DNA of 64,000 nucleotides from an uncultured Rhodobacter sp. (lineage in GTDB: Bacteria; Pseudomonadota; Alphaproteobacteria; Rhodobacterales; Rhodobacteraceae): the NCBI GenBank assembly GCA_965200115.1, contig OZ241336.1:748059-812058 (forward strand), given 5' to 3'. The position numbers and the translations under genes were made by a program. Shown piece by piece: positions 56,444 through 64,000 of this stretch. Each line of letters opens with the position of its first letter. Position 1 is the stretch's first letter. The notes below the pieces were generated by a model, which was not told where the DNA came from, ran no database searches, and saw only the letters and a list, made by a program, of their open reading frames with translations.

Positions 56444-57110
56444 GGCCCGTTGACAGTCATCCTGCGAATCGCCCGGTTTGATGCCATTTTCCGCTCCAAC
56501 GACCGCCGGAACGGCGGCACGACAGGCAACGATTACATGGGCGAGCGGAGCGATGAACGCGGACAGAACGGTGCTGATCCGACACCCTGTCCGAGGAGTC
56601 CGGCCTGGAGGGCGTGTCCGGCGGCGGCACGGTCGTCCAGGCGCACCGGAAGGCGGCGGGCTCAAAAGGGGGGGCTCAAGCCAGGGCATCGGACGCTCCC
56701 GGGGCGGCCTGACGACCAGGGCCGTGGCCGTGGTGGACGCGCTGGGATATCCCGTGAGGTTCACGATCCTTCCCGGACAGGCGCACGACCCGAGGGGGTG
56801 CCGGAGCTTCCCGGCGGCCTCCCGTTCGGGACCCTCGTCGGCGACGGGGCGTCCGGCGCCGACTGGCTGCTGGAGGATCTGGCGGAGCGCGGCGCGGAGG
56901 CGGTGATTCCGTCGAGGCGGAACCGGACGGCGGCGCGGGGGCGTGACCGGGACGTGTACGGCCGGCGGCGCCCGGTGGAGAATTTCTTCGCCGGGACCAG
57001 GGAGTTCCGGGCGATCGCGACCAGGTACGACAAGACCGAAGGGAGCTTCGCCGCCGGGATTCACCCCGTCGCCGGCGTGGTCGCCGCGAGATGACTGTCA
57101 ACGGGCCCTA
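56441..57110 (+). mobile_element. Defective IS5-family (IS427-like) element with perfect 20-bp terminal inverted repeats
   Basis: IRL is tagggcccgttgacagtcat (56441-60) and IRR is atgactgtcaacgggcccta (57091-110). The transposase is split over three frames: IGRSRGGLTTRAVAVVDALGYPVRFTILPGQAHD, then LVGDGASGADWLLEDLAERGAEAVIPSRRNR...RRRPVENFFAGTREFRAIATRYDKT. The N-terminal part is missing. Confidence 0.8.
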
Positions 57111-57195
57111 GGAGAACCGGACCGTTAGGGTCGATCAAACGGATCGCCGCCGGGCGTCCTTCGCCCGGAAATGACCCAATCCCGGCGTGCGGGAC

Positions 57196-58197
57196 CTACT
57201 GAAGCCGCAACGCCCCAAGCGTCCCGAGCGGAACCGGCCCGACACTGATCCGCCCGCGCCTTAGCGTCAGCGGAACCTCAAGCGCCCCGGACTTTCCGTA
57301 AAGCCTGTCCAGAAAGGCGGCACCCGTCTCCAGAACGCTGAGCCGAGATTCGGAAAGCCATCCGGCGGCGGAGGCGGCCGACAGCATTTCCCGCCAGTCA
57401 CCAATCCGAACGGAAACGGTTCCGCTCGCGAGACCATCGACGTCCACGGTCAGGTCTCCCGCAGCCTTGAGCTTTAGGTCGCCCCTCTCGACATTGAGAA
57501 GGTCCAGCCTGATGGAACTAAGCATTGGATAGCGTGTCTCGATGGCATGACGGTCCCAGACGGAGTCGAATTCCAGCTCCGCGTCGAGTTTCAGATCCGC
57601 GGGAACGTCCGGAACCCCACCTGCATTCGCCGGATCATCCGATCCCATGACCGACGAGCGAACCCCCGTCGCCTCTACACCCAGACTGACGGCGTGCGGC
57701 TTGGTATCCGACACGTGTGCGGCGAACCGGCCCTCCGTCACCTCCGCCGACCAACCCGTGGAGGAGTCCAGATCGATGTCCTCGAACACCGCCGTCACGC
57801 GATCCACAGCCATATCCGCGCCGGGCTCGAGCACAACGCTGGCCCGGGCCTGGCGCGTTCTGAGTGTGACCCGCCCCTCCGGAATGGCGAACGTCTGTTC
57901 CCCCGGCCATACCGCGATTAAGTGGTGCGGACGATAACTGAGCCGGAGTATCTGGAAAAGCGGAGCGGACCAGGCGACACCGTTCGAGGGGTCCGCGAGC
58001 TGAAGCCCCTCGACGGTGGTGTCAAAACGGTTTGGATAGCCCCGGGTCCGAACGGAATCATAGTTGGAGACCCAGCCGACATCCGTCCGTCCGTCGAGCC
58101 AGTCGCGAAGACCGGATTCGATGGCCCGCGATCCGAACCACCAATATCCGGACCAGATAGCCGAGGCCGCTACGACCGCAATCAGGAGGAAACGCAT
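57196..58197 (-). CDS. DUF2125 domain protein
   Basis: Internal ATG (MRFLLIAVVAASAIWSGYWWFGSRAIESGLRDWL...GYPNRFDTTVEGL). Confidence 0.7.
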   Translation of the reverse strand: MRFLLIAVVAASAIWSGYWWFGSRAIESGLRDWLDGRTDVGWVSNYDSVRTRGYPNRFDTTVEGLQLADPSNGVAWSAPLFQILRLSYRPHHLIAVWPGEQTFAIPEGRVTLRTRQARASVVLEPGADMAVDRVTAVFEDIDLDSSTGWSAEVTEGRFAAHVSDTKPHAVSLGVEATGVRSSVMGSDDPANAGGVPDVPADLKLDAELEFDSVWDRHAIETRYPMLSSIRLDLLNVERGDLKLKAAGDLTVDVDGLASGTVSVRIGDWREMLSAASAAGWLSESRLSVLETGAAFLDRLYGKSGALEVPLTLRRGRISVGPVPLGTLGALRLQ

Positions 58198-58277
58198 CCA
58201 AATCCCTTTGATCCTTCCCCGGCATTGGTGTGTACAGGCTGGGGCGGCAAAGAACCAGAACCATGGAAGGCTGACGT

Positions 58278-58802
58278 ATGTGGATATTTGGATACGGTTC
58301 CCTGATCTGGAACCCCGGCTTTCCACATCGCGAGACAGTGCCGGCGACACTGCCGGGATACGCGCGAAGATTCTGCATGCGTTCAATCCATCATCGCGGG
58401 ACCCATGAGTGCCCCGGGCTGGTTCTGGCGCTCAGCGCCGACGAAGCGTCGAACTGCCGTGGCCTGGCGTTCGCTGTCCCGGACAATGCGCAATCCGAGA
58501 CGCTCAGGCGTCTGCGCGAGCGCGAACTGGTCTCTTCGGCCTACTTGGAACGCATAATGTACGTAGGGCTGTCGGACGGACGACGGGTCGAGGCGGTCGT
58601 CTACGTCGTGGACACCGATCACGAGCAGTATTGCGGCGATCTATCGCTTGAGCGGCAGGCCAGGATCATTGCCCGGGCATCGGGTGGACGCGGCCCGAAC
58701 GCCGAATATCTCCTCAACACAGCCGCGCGTCTGGCCGAACTTGGTATCGAAGACCACGACATTGCTTGGTTGGCGGATCGCGTGCGGGTATTGACAAAGT
58801 AG
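58278..58802 (+). CDS. chaC: ChaC-family gamma-glutamylcyclotransferase
   Basis: MWIFGYGSLIWNPGF...GLVLAL...RELVSSAY. Confidence 0.8.
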   Translation: MWIFGYGSLIWNPGFPHRETVPATLPGYARRFCMRSIHHRGTHECPGLVLALSADEASNCRGLAFAVPDNAQSETLRRLRERELVSSAYLERIMYVGLSDGRRVEAVVYVVDTDHEQYCGDLSLERQARIIARASGGRGPNAEYLLNTAARLAELGIEDHDIAWLADRVRVLTK

Positions 58803-58898
58803 CCTCACAACGCAAAAAAGGAGCCGCCGATGGGCGTGCGCCACGGGGCCGGAAATCGCCCTTCGCCCTACGCCAGAGTAACGGAACGGAAAGTCCAT

Positions 58899-60056
58899 AT
58901 GGACATATCTGAACGCGAGGCCGAGCCCTTCTTCACGCAACCGGTTCGCCAGTTCCTGCTGATGGGTGCCGTGCTCATGCTGACCGGCGTCGGGTGTTAC
59001 ATCGCATACCCACGTGTGGCGCCCGTGTTCCTGGCGAATCCATGGCTTAACGGATTTATTTTCCTCGTCTTCGTAGTGGGGATTCTCGCCTGCTTCTGGC
59101 AGGTAATCATGATCGCCGTCTCGGTGAGCTGGATCGTAAGGGTTGCCCAGCGGCGCCCCGAAGCTACGTACGCCAAACCGCCCAGGCTTCTCGCGCCCCT
59201 GGCCCAACTGCTGACATCGCATGACCAGCGGATTCAGATCAGTTCCACTTCGGCGCGATCAATCCTTGATTCGGTCGCCACCCGTATCGATGAACTGCGC
59301 GACCTGACCAGATATATCGTCAACCTGCTGATCTTTCTCGGACTCCTGGGCACTTTTTACGGTCTCGCCACCACCGTGCCCGCGATGGTCGATACGATAC
59401 GGTCCCTGGCTCCGCGGGAGGGCGAGGAAGGCGTCGTGGTGTTCAACCGGTTGATCACCGGACTGGAGGCGCAGCTCGGCGGGATGGGTGTCGCATTCGC
59501 GTCGTCGCTTCTGGGGCTTGCCGGATCCCTCGTGGTCGGACTGCTGGAATTGTTCGCGGGGCATGGACAGAACAGGTTCTATCGAGAGCTTGAGGAATGG
59601 CTATCCACGATCACGCGGCTGGGAGTGTCCGTCAGTGACGGCGAAGCCGGCGAACACGATGAATCGGCTGACGCGCTGACCCGAATATCCGAGCAGATGA
59701 AATACCTGCAGGAGACCTTTCTAAAGGTCACCGAGGACAGAACCGCTCTAGACGCCAGGATAGGCGGCCTGACCGATTCGATTGACCGGTTGGCGCAGGA
59801 CCTGCGGAACGAAAGTAGCGCCGGCCCGCTGGACCGGATCGCCAGCGGTCAGGCCGAGCTGCTGAAACTGCTCGCGGACAGGGACGGAACCGCCAATGGA
59901 TTCGATGCCGAGACCAGGATGCGGATCCGTTCGATCGACGTGCAGCTGTTGAGAATGCTTGAGGAAATGGCCGCCGGACGGCAGGAAACCACCTCGGATC
60001 TGCGAAACGAGATCGCGGCGCTTACCAAGGCCGTGCGCCAGCTCGCCGACCGGTAG
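58899..60056 (+). CDS. MotA/TolQ/ExbB-family proton-channel protein with a C-terminal coiled-coil tail of about 150 aa
   Basis: Internal ATG (MDISEREAEP). LLIFLGLLGTFYGL and GMGVAFASSLLGLAGSLVVGLLELF channel helices, followed by heptad-rich sequence. Confidence 0.75.
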   Translation: MDISEREAEPFFTQPVRQFLLMGAVLMLTGVGCYIAYPRVAPVFLANPWLNGFIFLVFVVGILACFWQVIMIAVSVSWIVRVAQRRPEATYAKPPRLLAPLAQLLTSHDQRIQISSTSARSILDSVATRIDELRDLTRYIVNLLIFLGLLGTFYGLATTVPAMVDTIRSLAPREGEEGVVVFNRLITGLEAQLGGMGVAFASSLLGLAGSLVVGLLELFAGHGQNRFYRELEEWLSTITRLGVSVSDGEAGEHDESADALTRISEQMKYLQETFLKVTEDRTALDARIGGLTDSIDRLAQDLRNESSAGPLDRIASGQAELLKLLADRDGTANGFDAETRMRIRSIDVQLLRMLEEMAAGRQETTSDLRNEIAALTKAVRQLADR

Positions 60057-60070
60057 CGGAGGGTCGTCTG

Positions 60071-62347
60071 ATGGCCCTTACCCGCAGATCCACCCGGCAC
60101 CTGACGGGAAACATATGGCCGGGTTTTGTCGACGCTATGACCGGTCTCCTGCTCGTGTTGATATTCGTTCTGACGATTTTCATGTTCGTGCAGTTCGTGC
60201 TTCGCGAGACGATCAGCGGCCAGGAAAGCGAAATGAGCCAGCTGAACACGGATATCACGCAGCTCGCGAGGGCTCTGGGAGCCGAGCAGCAGCTTACGTT
60301 TCGGCTGCAGGAAGAGGTCGGTTCCCTTACAGGCGAACTGGAGGAGTCCAGGGCCGGTGAGTCCGCGCAGCGGACATTAATCGCTTCGCTTCAGCTTCAG
60401 GTTGCGGAACAGAGGACGGCCCTGGATGCCCAAACTCTCCGGATCGCGGACTTCGAGGAACGGGTCGCCACGCTCCTGATACAGAGGGACGAGGCGCGCG
60501 ACACACAGGCCGCGCTGGAAACCGATCTGGCGGCCACGCGCGATCGGAACACCGAGTTGCTTTCGCAGGGCGAAGCTTTGCGGCTGGCGCTCGCGCAGGC
60601 ACGTAGCGAGATCGACGAACAGGCCGAGGCCGCCCGTCTCGCCGCGGCGCGGCGCGAAGCTCTCGATGCGCTGGTGGAGGATCTGCGCGGCCGGGTGCGG
60701 GAAGGCGAGACTTCATTGGTACGGGCGCTTCAGGGGCTTGAGGGTTCGCGCAAAGAGAACCGGACGCTGAACGAGAATCTGGCCATGGTTCAGGCGGCGC
60801 TCGACCAGGAGAGCGCCGCCAATGCCGGCGCATTGGCCAGGATCGCGGAACTTGAAACCGAACTGAGCGCGGCGCAGGCGCTCGCGATGGCCGAAGGAAC
60901 CGCGCTGGAGGATCTGCGGACCGGATTCGCGGCGCTTGAGGCGTCGCTCGATAAGGAGTCCGAGGCCAGGAAGACGGAGGCCGCCGAGGCGCTGGCGCTC
61001 CGCGAACGGCTCGAGAGCGCCGAGGCGAGGATCGAGGAGGAGGAAGCCGCCCGGCTGGTGGAGGCGGCCGCCGCCCTGGCGCTAAGGGAACGGCTGGAAG
61101 CCATGGAAAACAGGCTTACCGAGGAGGAGACCGAGCGGCTCGCGCAGGAAGCTGCCGCGGTTGCGCTCCACGAACGGCTCGGGAGCGCCGAGGCGAGGAT
61201 CGAGGAGGAGGAAGCCGCTCGACTGGCGGAGGCGGCAGCCGCCCTGGCGCTGAGGGAACGCCTGGAAGCGATGGAAAACAGGCTTACCGAGGAGGAGACC
61301 GAGCGGCTCGCGCAGGAAGCCGCCGCGGCGGCGCTCCGCGAACGGCTCGGGAGCGCCGAGGCGAGGATCGAGGAGGAGGAAGCCGCCCGGCTGGCGGAAG
61401 CGGCCGCCGCCCTGGCGCTAAGGGAACGGCTGGCCGACTCGCAGGCCGAGCTGTCGGCCATGGCGCTCGCTCTTGAGGAGCGCCGCCAGGAAGCGGAGCG
61501 GACGCTGACCCTGCTGGCGGCGGCACGGGCGGAGAAAGCGGACGCGAACCGGAAGCTGTCCGAGGCGGCCAGCGAGGCGAAGCGGCAGGCCGCCCTGCTT
61601 GAGACCGCCAACCGCCGGCTCGACGAGGAGGAGGCCCTGACCGCCGATAGCCTGAGGAAGGCGGAGGCCCTGCGGCTGCGGGCCGAGAACCTCACGGGCG
61701 AGATCCGGCGTCTGCAGGGAATGCTCGACATCGCCGAGGAACTGGACACCGAGTCCCGGGCGCGGATCGAGTCCCTGGGCCAGCAACTCAACGCCGCCCT
61801 GGCGAGGGTGGCGACGGAACAGAGGCTCAGAGCCGACATGGAAGAGGCGGAACGCCGGCGCCTCGAGGATGAAGCGCGGCAGCTGCAGGCATACCGATCC
61901 GAATTCTTCGGCGAACTGCGCAAGGTCCTGGAGAACCGGGAAGGCGTGAGGATCGAGGGCGACCGGTTCGTGTTCTCGTCGGAGGTGCTCTTCGAATCCG
62001 CCGAAGCCAGCCTGGCGCCGGCGGGAGAGGAGCAGATCGAACGGGTGGTGGAGATACTGCGGGAGGTGGCGGCCCGGATCCCGCCGGAGATCGACTGGGT
62101 GGTGCGGGTCGACGGGCACACGGACGACGTGCCCTTCGCCGGCGGGAATCCGGTCTATGCGGATAACTGGGAACTCAGTCAGGCGCGCGCGCTCTCGGTC
62201 GTACGGTTCATGACCGAAGAACTGGACTTTCCACCCGAAAGGCTGGCGGCGGCCGGGTTTGGCATGTTTCACCCCGAGAACCCGGACAGAACGCCGGAGG
62301 CTCGGGCGCAGAACCGCCGGATTGAACTGAAACTCACCGAGAAGTGA
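60071..62347 (+). CDS. MotB/OmpA-like peptidoglycan-binding protein with a coiled coil of about 570 aa
   Basis: N-terminal NIWPGFVDAMTGLLLVLIFVL (MotB-type TM). C-terminal VRVDGHTDDVP...NWELSQARALSVVRFM...AQNRRIELK (OmpA_C). The middle is Ala/Glu/Leu/Arg coiled coil. Confidence 0.8.
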   Translation: MALTRRSTRHLTGNIWPGFVDAMTGLLLVLIFVLTIFMFVQFVLRETISGQESEMSQLNTDITQLARALGAEQQLTFRLQEEVGSLTGELEESRAGESAQRTLIASLQLQVAEQRTALDAQTLRIADFEERVATLLIQRDEARDTQAALETDLAATRDRNTELLSQGEALRLALAQARSEIDEQAEAARLAAARREALDALVEDLRGRVREGETSLVRALQGLEGSRKENRTLNENLAMVQAALDQESAANAGALARIAELETELSAAQALAMAEGTALEDLRTGFAALEASLDKESEARKTEAAEALALRERLESAEARIEEEEAARLVEAAAALALRERLEAMENRLTEEETERLAQEAAAVALHERLGSAEARIEEEEAARLAEAAAALALRERLEAMENRLTEEETERLAQEAAAAALRERLGSAEARIEEEEAARLAEAAAALALRERLADSQAELSAMALALEERRQEAERTLTLLAAARAEKADANRKLSEAASEAKRQAALLETANRRLDEEEALTADSLRKAEALRLRAENLTGEIRRLQGMLDIAEELDTESRARIESLGQQLNAALARVATEQRLRADMEEAERRRLEDEARQLQAYRSEFFGELRKVLENREGVRIEGDRFVFSSEVLFESAEASLAPAGEEQIERVVEILREVAARIPPEIDWVVRVDGHTDDVPFAGGNPVYADNWELSQARALSVVRFMTEELDFPPERLAAAGFGMFHPENPDRTPEARAQNRRIELKLTEK
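60985..61430 (+). repeat. 168-bp (56-aa) in-frame tandem repeat, about 2.6 copies
   Basis: cgaacggctcg.gagcgccgaggcgaggatcgaggagg recurs at 61003, 61171 and 61339. The peptide unit is RLGSAEARIEEEEAARLAEAAAALALRERLEAMENRLTEEETERLAQEAAAAALRE. Confidence 0.9.
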
Positions 62348-62597
62348 GGGAGCGCGGAGCCGGCCCGTAGTAGGGGGTCTATCCCAACAGCGTCGTTCAC
62401 AGCGGCCTTGAAATCGACCGGAGCGGCGCGGAAGGGCCGGTCGCCGGCCTTTCCGGTGAGATCTTCGGTCAGGAAGACGCCGGATTCATCACTCAGAGTC
62501 AAGAGGTTGTGCGTTCTTGGGCGGGCATTGCATCGCTGTCACATTGGCGTCACACGTATTCGCTACTCCCAATGAGAACCAAACTCAGGGGAGCCCT

Positions 62598-64000
62598 ATG
62601 ACCTATCGCTTGATCTGCCTGACTTCTGCCGCCGCTCTGGCCGCGGGAGGTACTTTTGCGCAGGATATGAACTTCAACCGCATCGCGAGTTTTCCGGTCG
62701 TCGAGAACATGGCCGAGGGGGACGATATCACCCGCGAAACCTCGCCCGAGATCATCGCGGCAACCGCGGATGGCATGACGCTGGCTTACACGGACAGCCC
62801 GTTGGGTGTGTTGGGTATGATCGACATTACCGATCCCGCATCCCCTGCGCCCCTCGGGAATGTGGCACTGGATGGGGAACCGACCTCTGTCGTCATCGTG
62901 GGCGCGCGCGCCTATGTCGGGGTAAATACCTCGGAAAGTTATACCGCGCCGTCGGGGCATCTTGCCGTCATCGACATTGAGACGCGGGCCGAAGTGGGCC
63001 GCTGCGATCTGGGCGGTCAGCCCGATAGCGTGGCGGTCAACGGGAATGGCAGCTTCATTGCGGTGGCCATCGAGAACGAGCGTGATGAGGATCTGGGCGA
63101 TGGGCGTGTCGGGCAGATGCCTGCGGGCACGCTTGCGATGATTGATCTGGCGGAGAATACGGCGCAGTGCGACACGTACCGCACGACGGATCTGACAGGC
63201 CTTGCAGATGTTGCCCCGGAAGATCCCGAACCTGAGTTCGTGGATATCAACGGGCGGGACGAGGTTGTCGTCACCCTTCAGGAGAACAACCACATCGTCG
63301 TGGTATCTCGGGCGGGCGCGATCCTGAATCACTTTTCTGCCGGGGCGGTTGATCTGGAGAACGTGGATACGGCTGAAGAGCGGGCGCTGACCTTTGACGG
63401 CACGCTGACCGCGGTGGTTCGTGAGCCGGATGCCGTGAAGTGGATCGGTGACGATCACTTCGTCACGGCGAATGAAGGCGATATGGATGGCGGATCCCGC
63501 GGTTTCACGATCTTCCGGCAGGACGGGACGGTTGTTTATGAAAGCAACCTCGGCTTCGAATATGCCGTGGCGCAGATCGGGCATTACCCGGAGCGTCGGT
63601 CGGGCAACAAAGGGGTTGAGCCTGAATCGGTGACGGCAGGCACCTTTGGCGGCACGCCGATGTTGTTTGTGGGCGCGGAACGTTCGTCGGTCGTCGGAGT
63701 GTATGACATCACCGATCCAACGAAACCGAAGCTGAGGCAGCTTCTACCGTCTGGCGTTGGCCCGGAAGGCTATGTCACGATCCCCGAGCGAAACCTCTTG
63801 GTTTCCGCGAACGAAGCGGATCTGATCGAGGATGGTGGCGCAAGGGCTCATGTGATGGTGTTTGAGTACCAGGCCGCACCCGCCTCTTACCCACACCTGA
63901 CAAGTGTGGGGATCGAGCATGAGAATGGCGCGCCGGTTGGCTGGGGTGCGATCTCTGGCATGGTCGCCGATGCCGATGGCATGATCTACGCGGTGAATGA
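62598..64000 (+). CDS. Secreted beta-propeller protein (choice-of-anchor I / phytase-like esterase family), 3' partial
   Basis: Absent from the ORF track because it is open to the window end. My own translation gives MTYRLICLTSAAALAAGGTFAQD...ENERDEDLGDG...EPEFVDINGRDEVVVTLQENN...EPDAVKWIGDDHFVTANEGD...GVEPESV...PEGYVTIPERNLLVSANE. The antisense ORF 62550..63584 is rejected. Confidence 0.65.
   Translation, partial: MTYRLICLTSAAALAAGGTFAQDMNFNRIASFPVVENMAEGDDITRETSPEIIAATADGMTLAYTDSPLGVLGMIDITDPASPAPLGNVALDGEPTSVVIVGARAYVGVNTSESYTAPSGHLAVIDIETRAEVGRCDLGGQPDSVAVNGNGSFIAVAIENERDEDLGDGRVGQMPAGTLAMIDLAENTAQCDTYRTTDLTGLADVAPEDPEPEFVDINGRDEVVVTLQENNHIVVVSRAGAILNHFSAGAVDLENVDTAEERALTFDGTLTAVVREPDAVKWIGDDHFVTANEGDMDGGSRGFTIFRQDGTVVYESNLGFEYAVAQIGHYPERRSGNKGVEPESVTAGTFGGTPMLFVGAERSSVVGVYDITDPTKPKLRQLLPSGVGPEGYVTIPERNLLVSANEADLIEDGGARAHVMVFEYQAAPASYPHLTSVGIEHENGAPVGWGAISGMVADADGMIYAVN

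Noticed and set aside
60985-61430. CRISPR-like regular repeats (also 1976-2038 and 35176-35647)
   Set aside because: All are in-frame coding tandem repeats without unique spacers. No cas genes are present in the window.
60790-62121. 443-aa Ser/Ala/Arg-rich minus-strand ORF
   Set aside because: It is antisense to the coiled-coil region of the MotB/OmpA-like gene. Its internal repeats merely mirror the 168-bp repeat.
58899-62347. Zorya (ZorAB) anti-phage system
   Set aside because: No ZorC/ZorD/ZorE-like helicase or nuclease genes follow. The long coil is on the MotB-like rather than the MotA-like subunit. The neighbours are core-type genes. It is kept only as an analogy.
62550-63584. 344-aa minus-strand ORF
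   Set aside because: It is antisense to a plus-strand frame that is open to the window end. That frame has a signal peptide, an RBS and beta-propeller family motifs.

Overview
High-G+C alphaproteobacterial chromosome segment; the taxon (Rhodobacterales-like) is inferred from gene content and signal peptides. Many long antisense ORFs in the six-frame track are GC artefacts, and several true starts lie inside the listed ORFs (ATGA/GTGA-coupled operons). The track also translates TTG/GTG starts as M.

Positions 1-19 kb are the accessory part. They hold four paralogous cassettes. Each has a general-porin gene followed 19-27 nt later by a long lipoprotein, and in three of the four cassettes also by a shorter one. 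The lipoprotein C-termini carry the motif pattern of TbpB/fHbp/HpuA-type surface-lipoprotein beta-barrels. All four porins share a near-identical 200-270 bp upstream module with an AT-rich promoter island, a 13-bp palindrome and a leader hairpin that co-varies. The cassettes have conserved ends and divergent, AT-richer cores. They also contain decayed members, a G16 tract and a C7 frameshift.

A lower-GC three-gene insertion sits in the divergent porin2/porin3 intergenic region next to an IS1634-like relic. It encodes an unknown protein, a second unknown protein and a ComEC-type MBL-fold hydrolase. An IS200-like relic and an AAA-ATPase/PD-(D/E)XK gene follow.

Positions 21.7-64 kb are mostly core:
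- a Liv-type ABC operon with a SAF-domain dehydrogenase
- tctCBA with DUF1446/DUF4387
- asd
- a tandem pair of heptad-repeat membrane proteins
- an M17 peptidase and an NlpC/P60 protein
- a translationally coupled COG0523-DUF1826-small protein-Nik/Opp-type ABC operon with a divergent Rrf2 regulator
- holA-lptE-leuS and purEK
- hsp20-DUF1150 interrupted at its 3' end by a defective IS5-family element
- chaC
- a MotA/MotB-like stator pair whose B subunit has a very long coiled coil with 168-bp tandem repeats
- a partial secreted beta-propeller gene

No rRNA, intact tRNA or CRISPR array was seen. All family names are recalled from motifs and were not searched.
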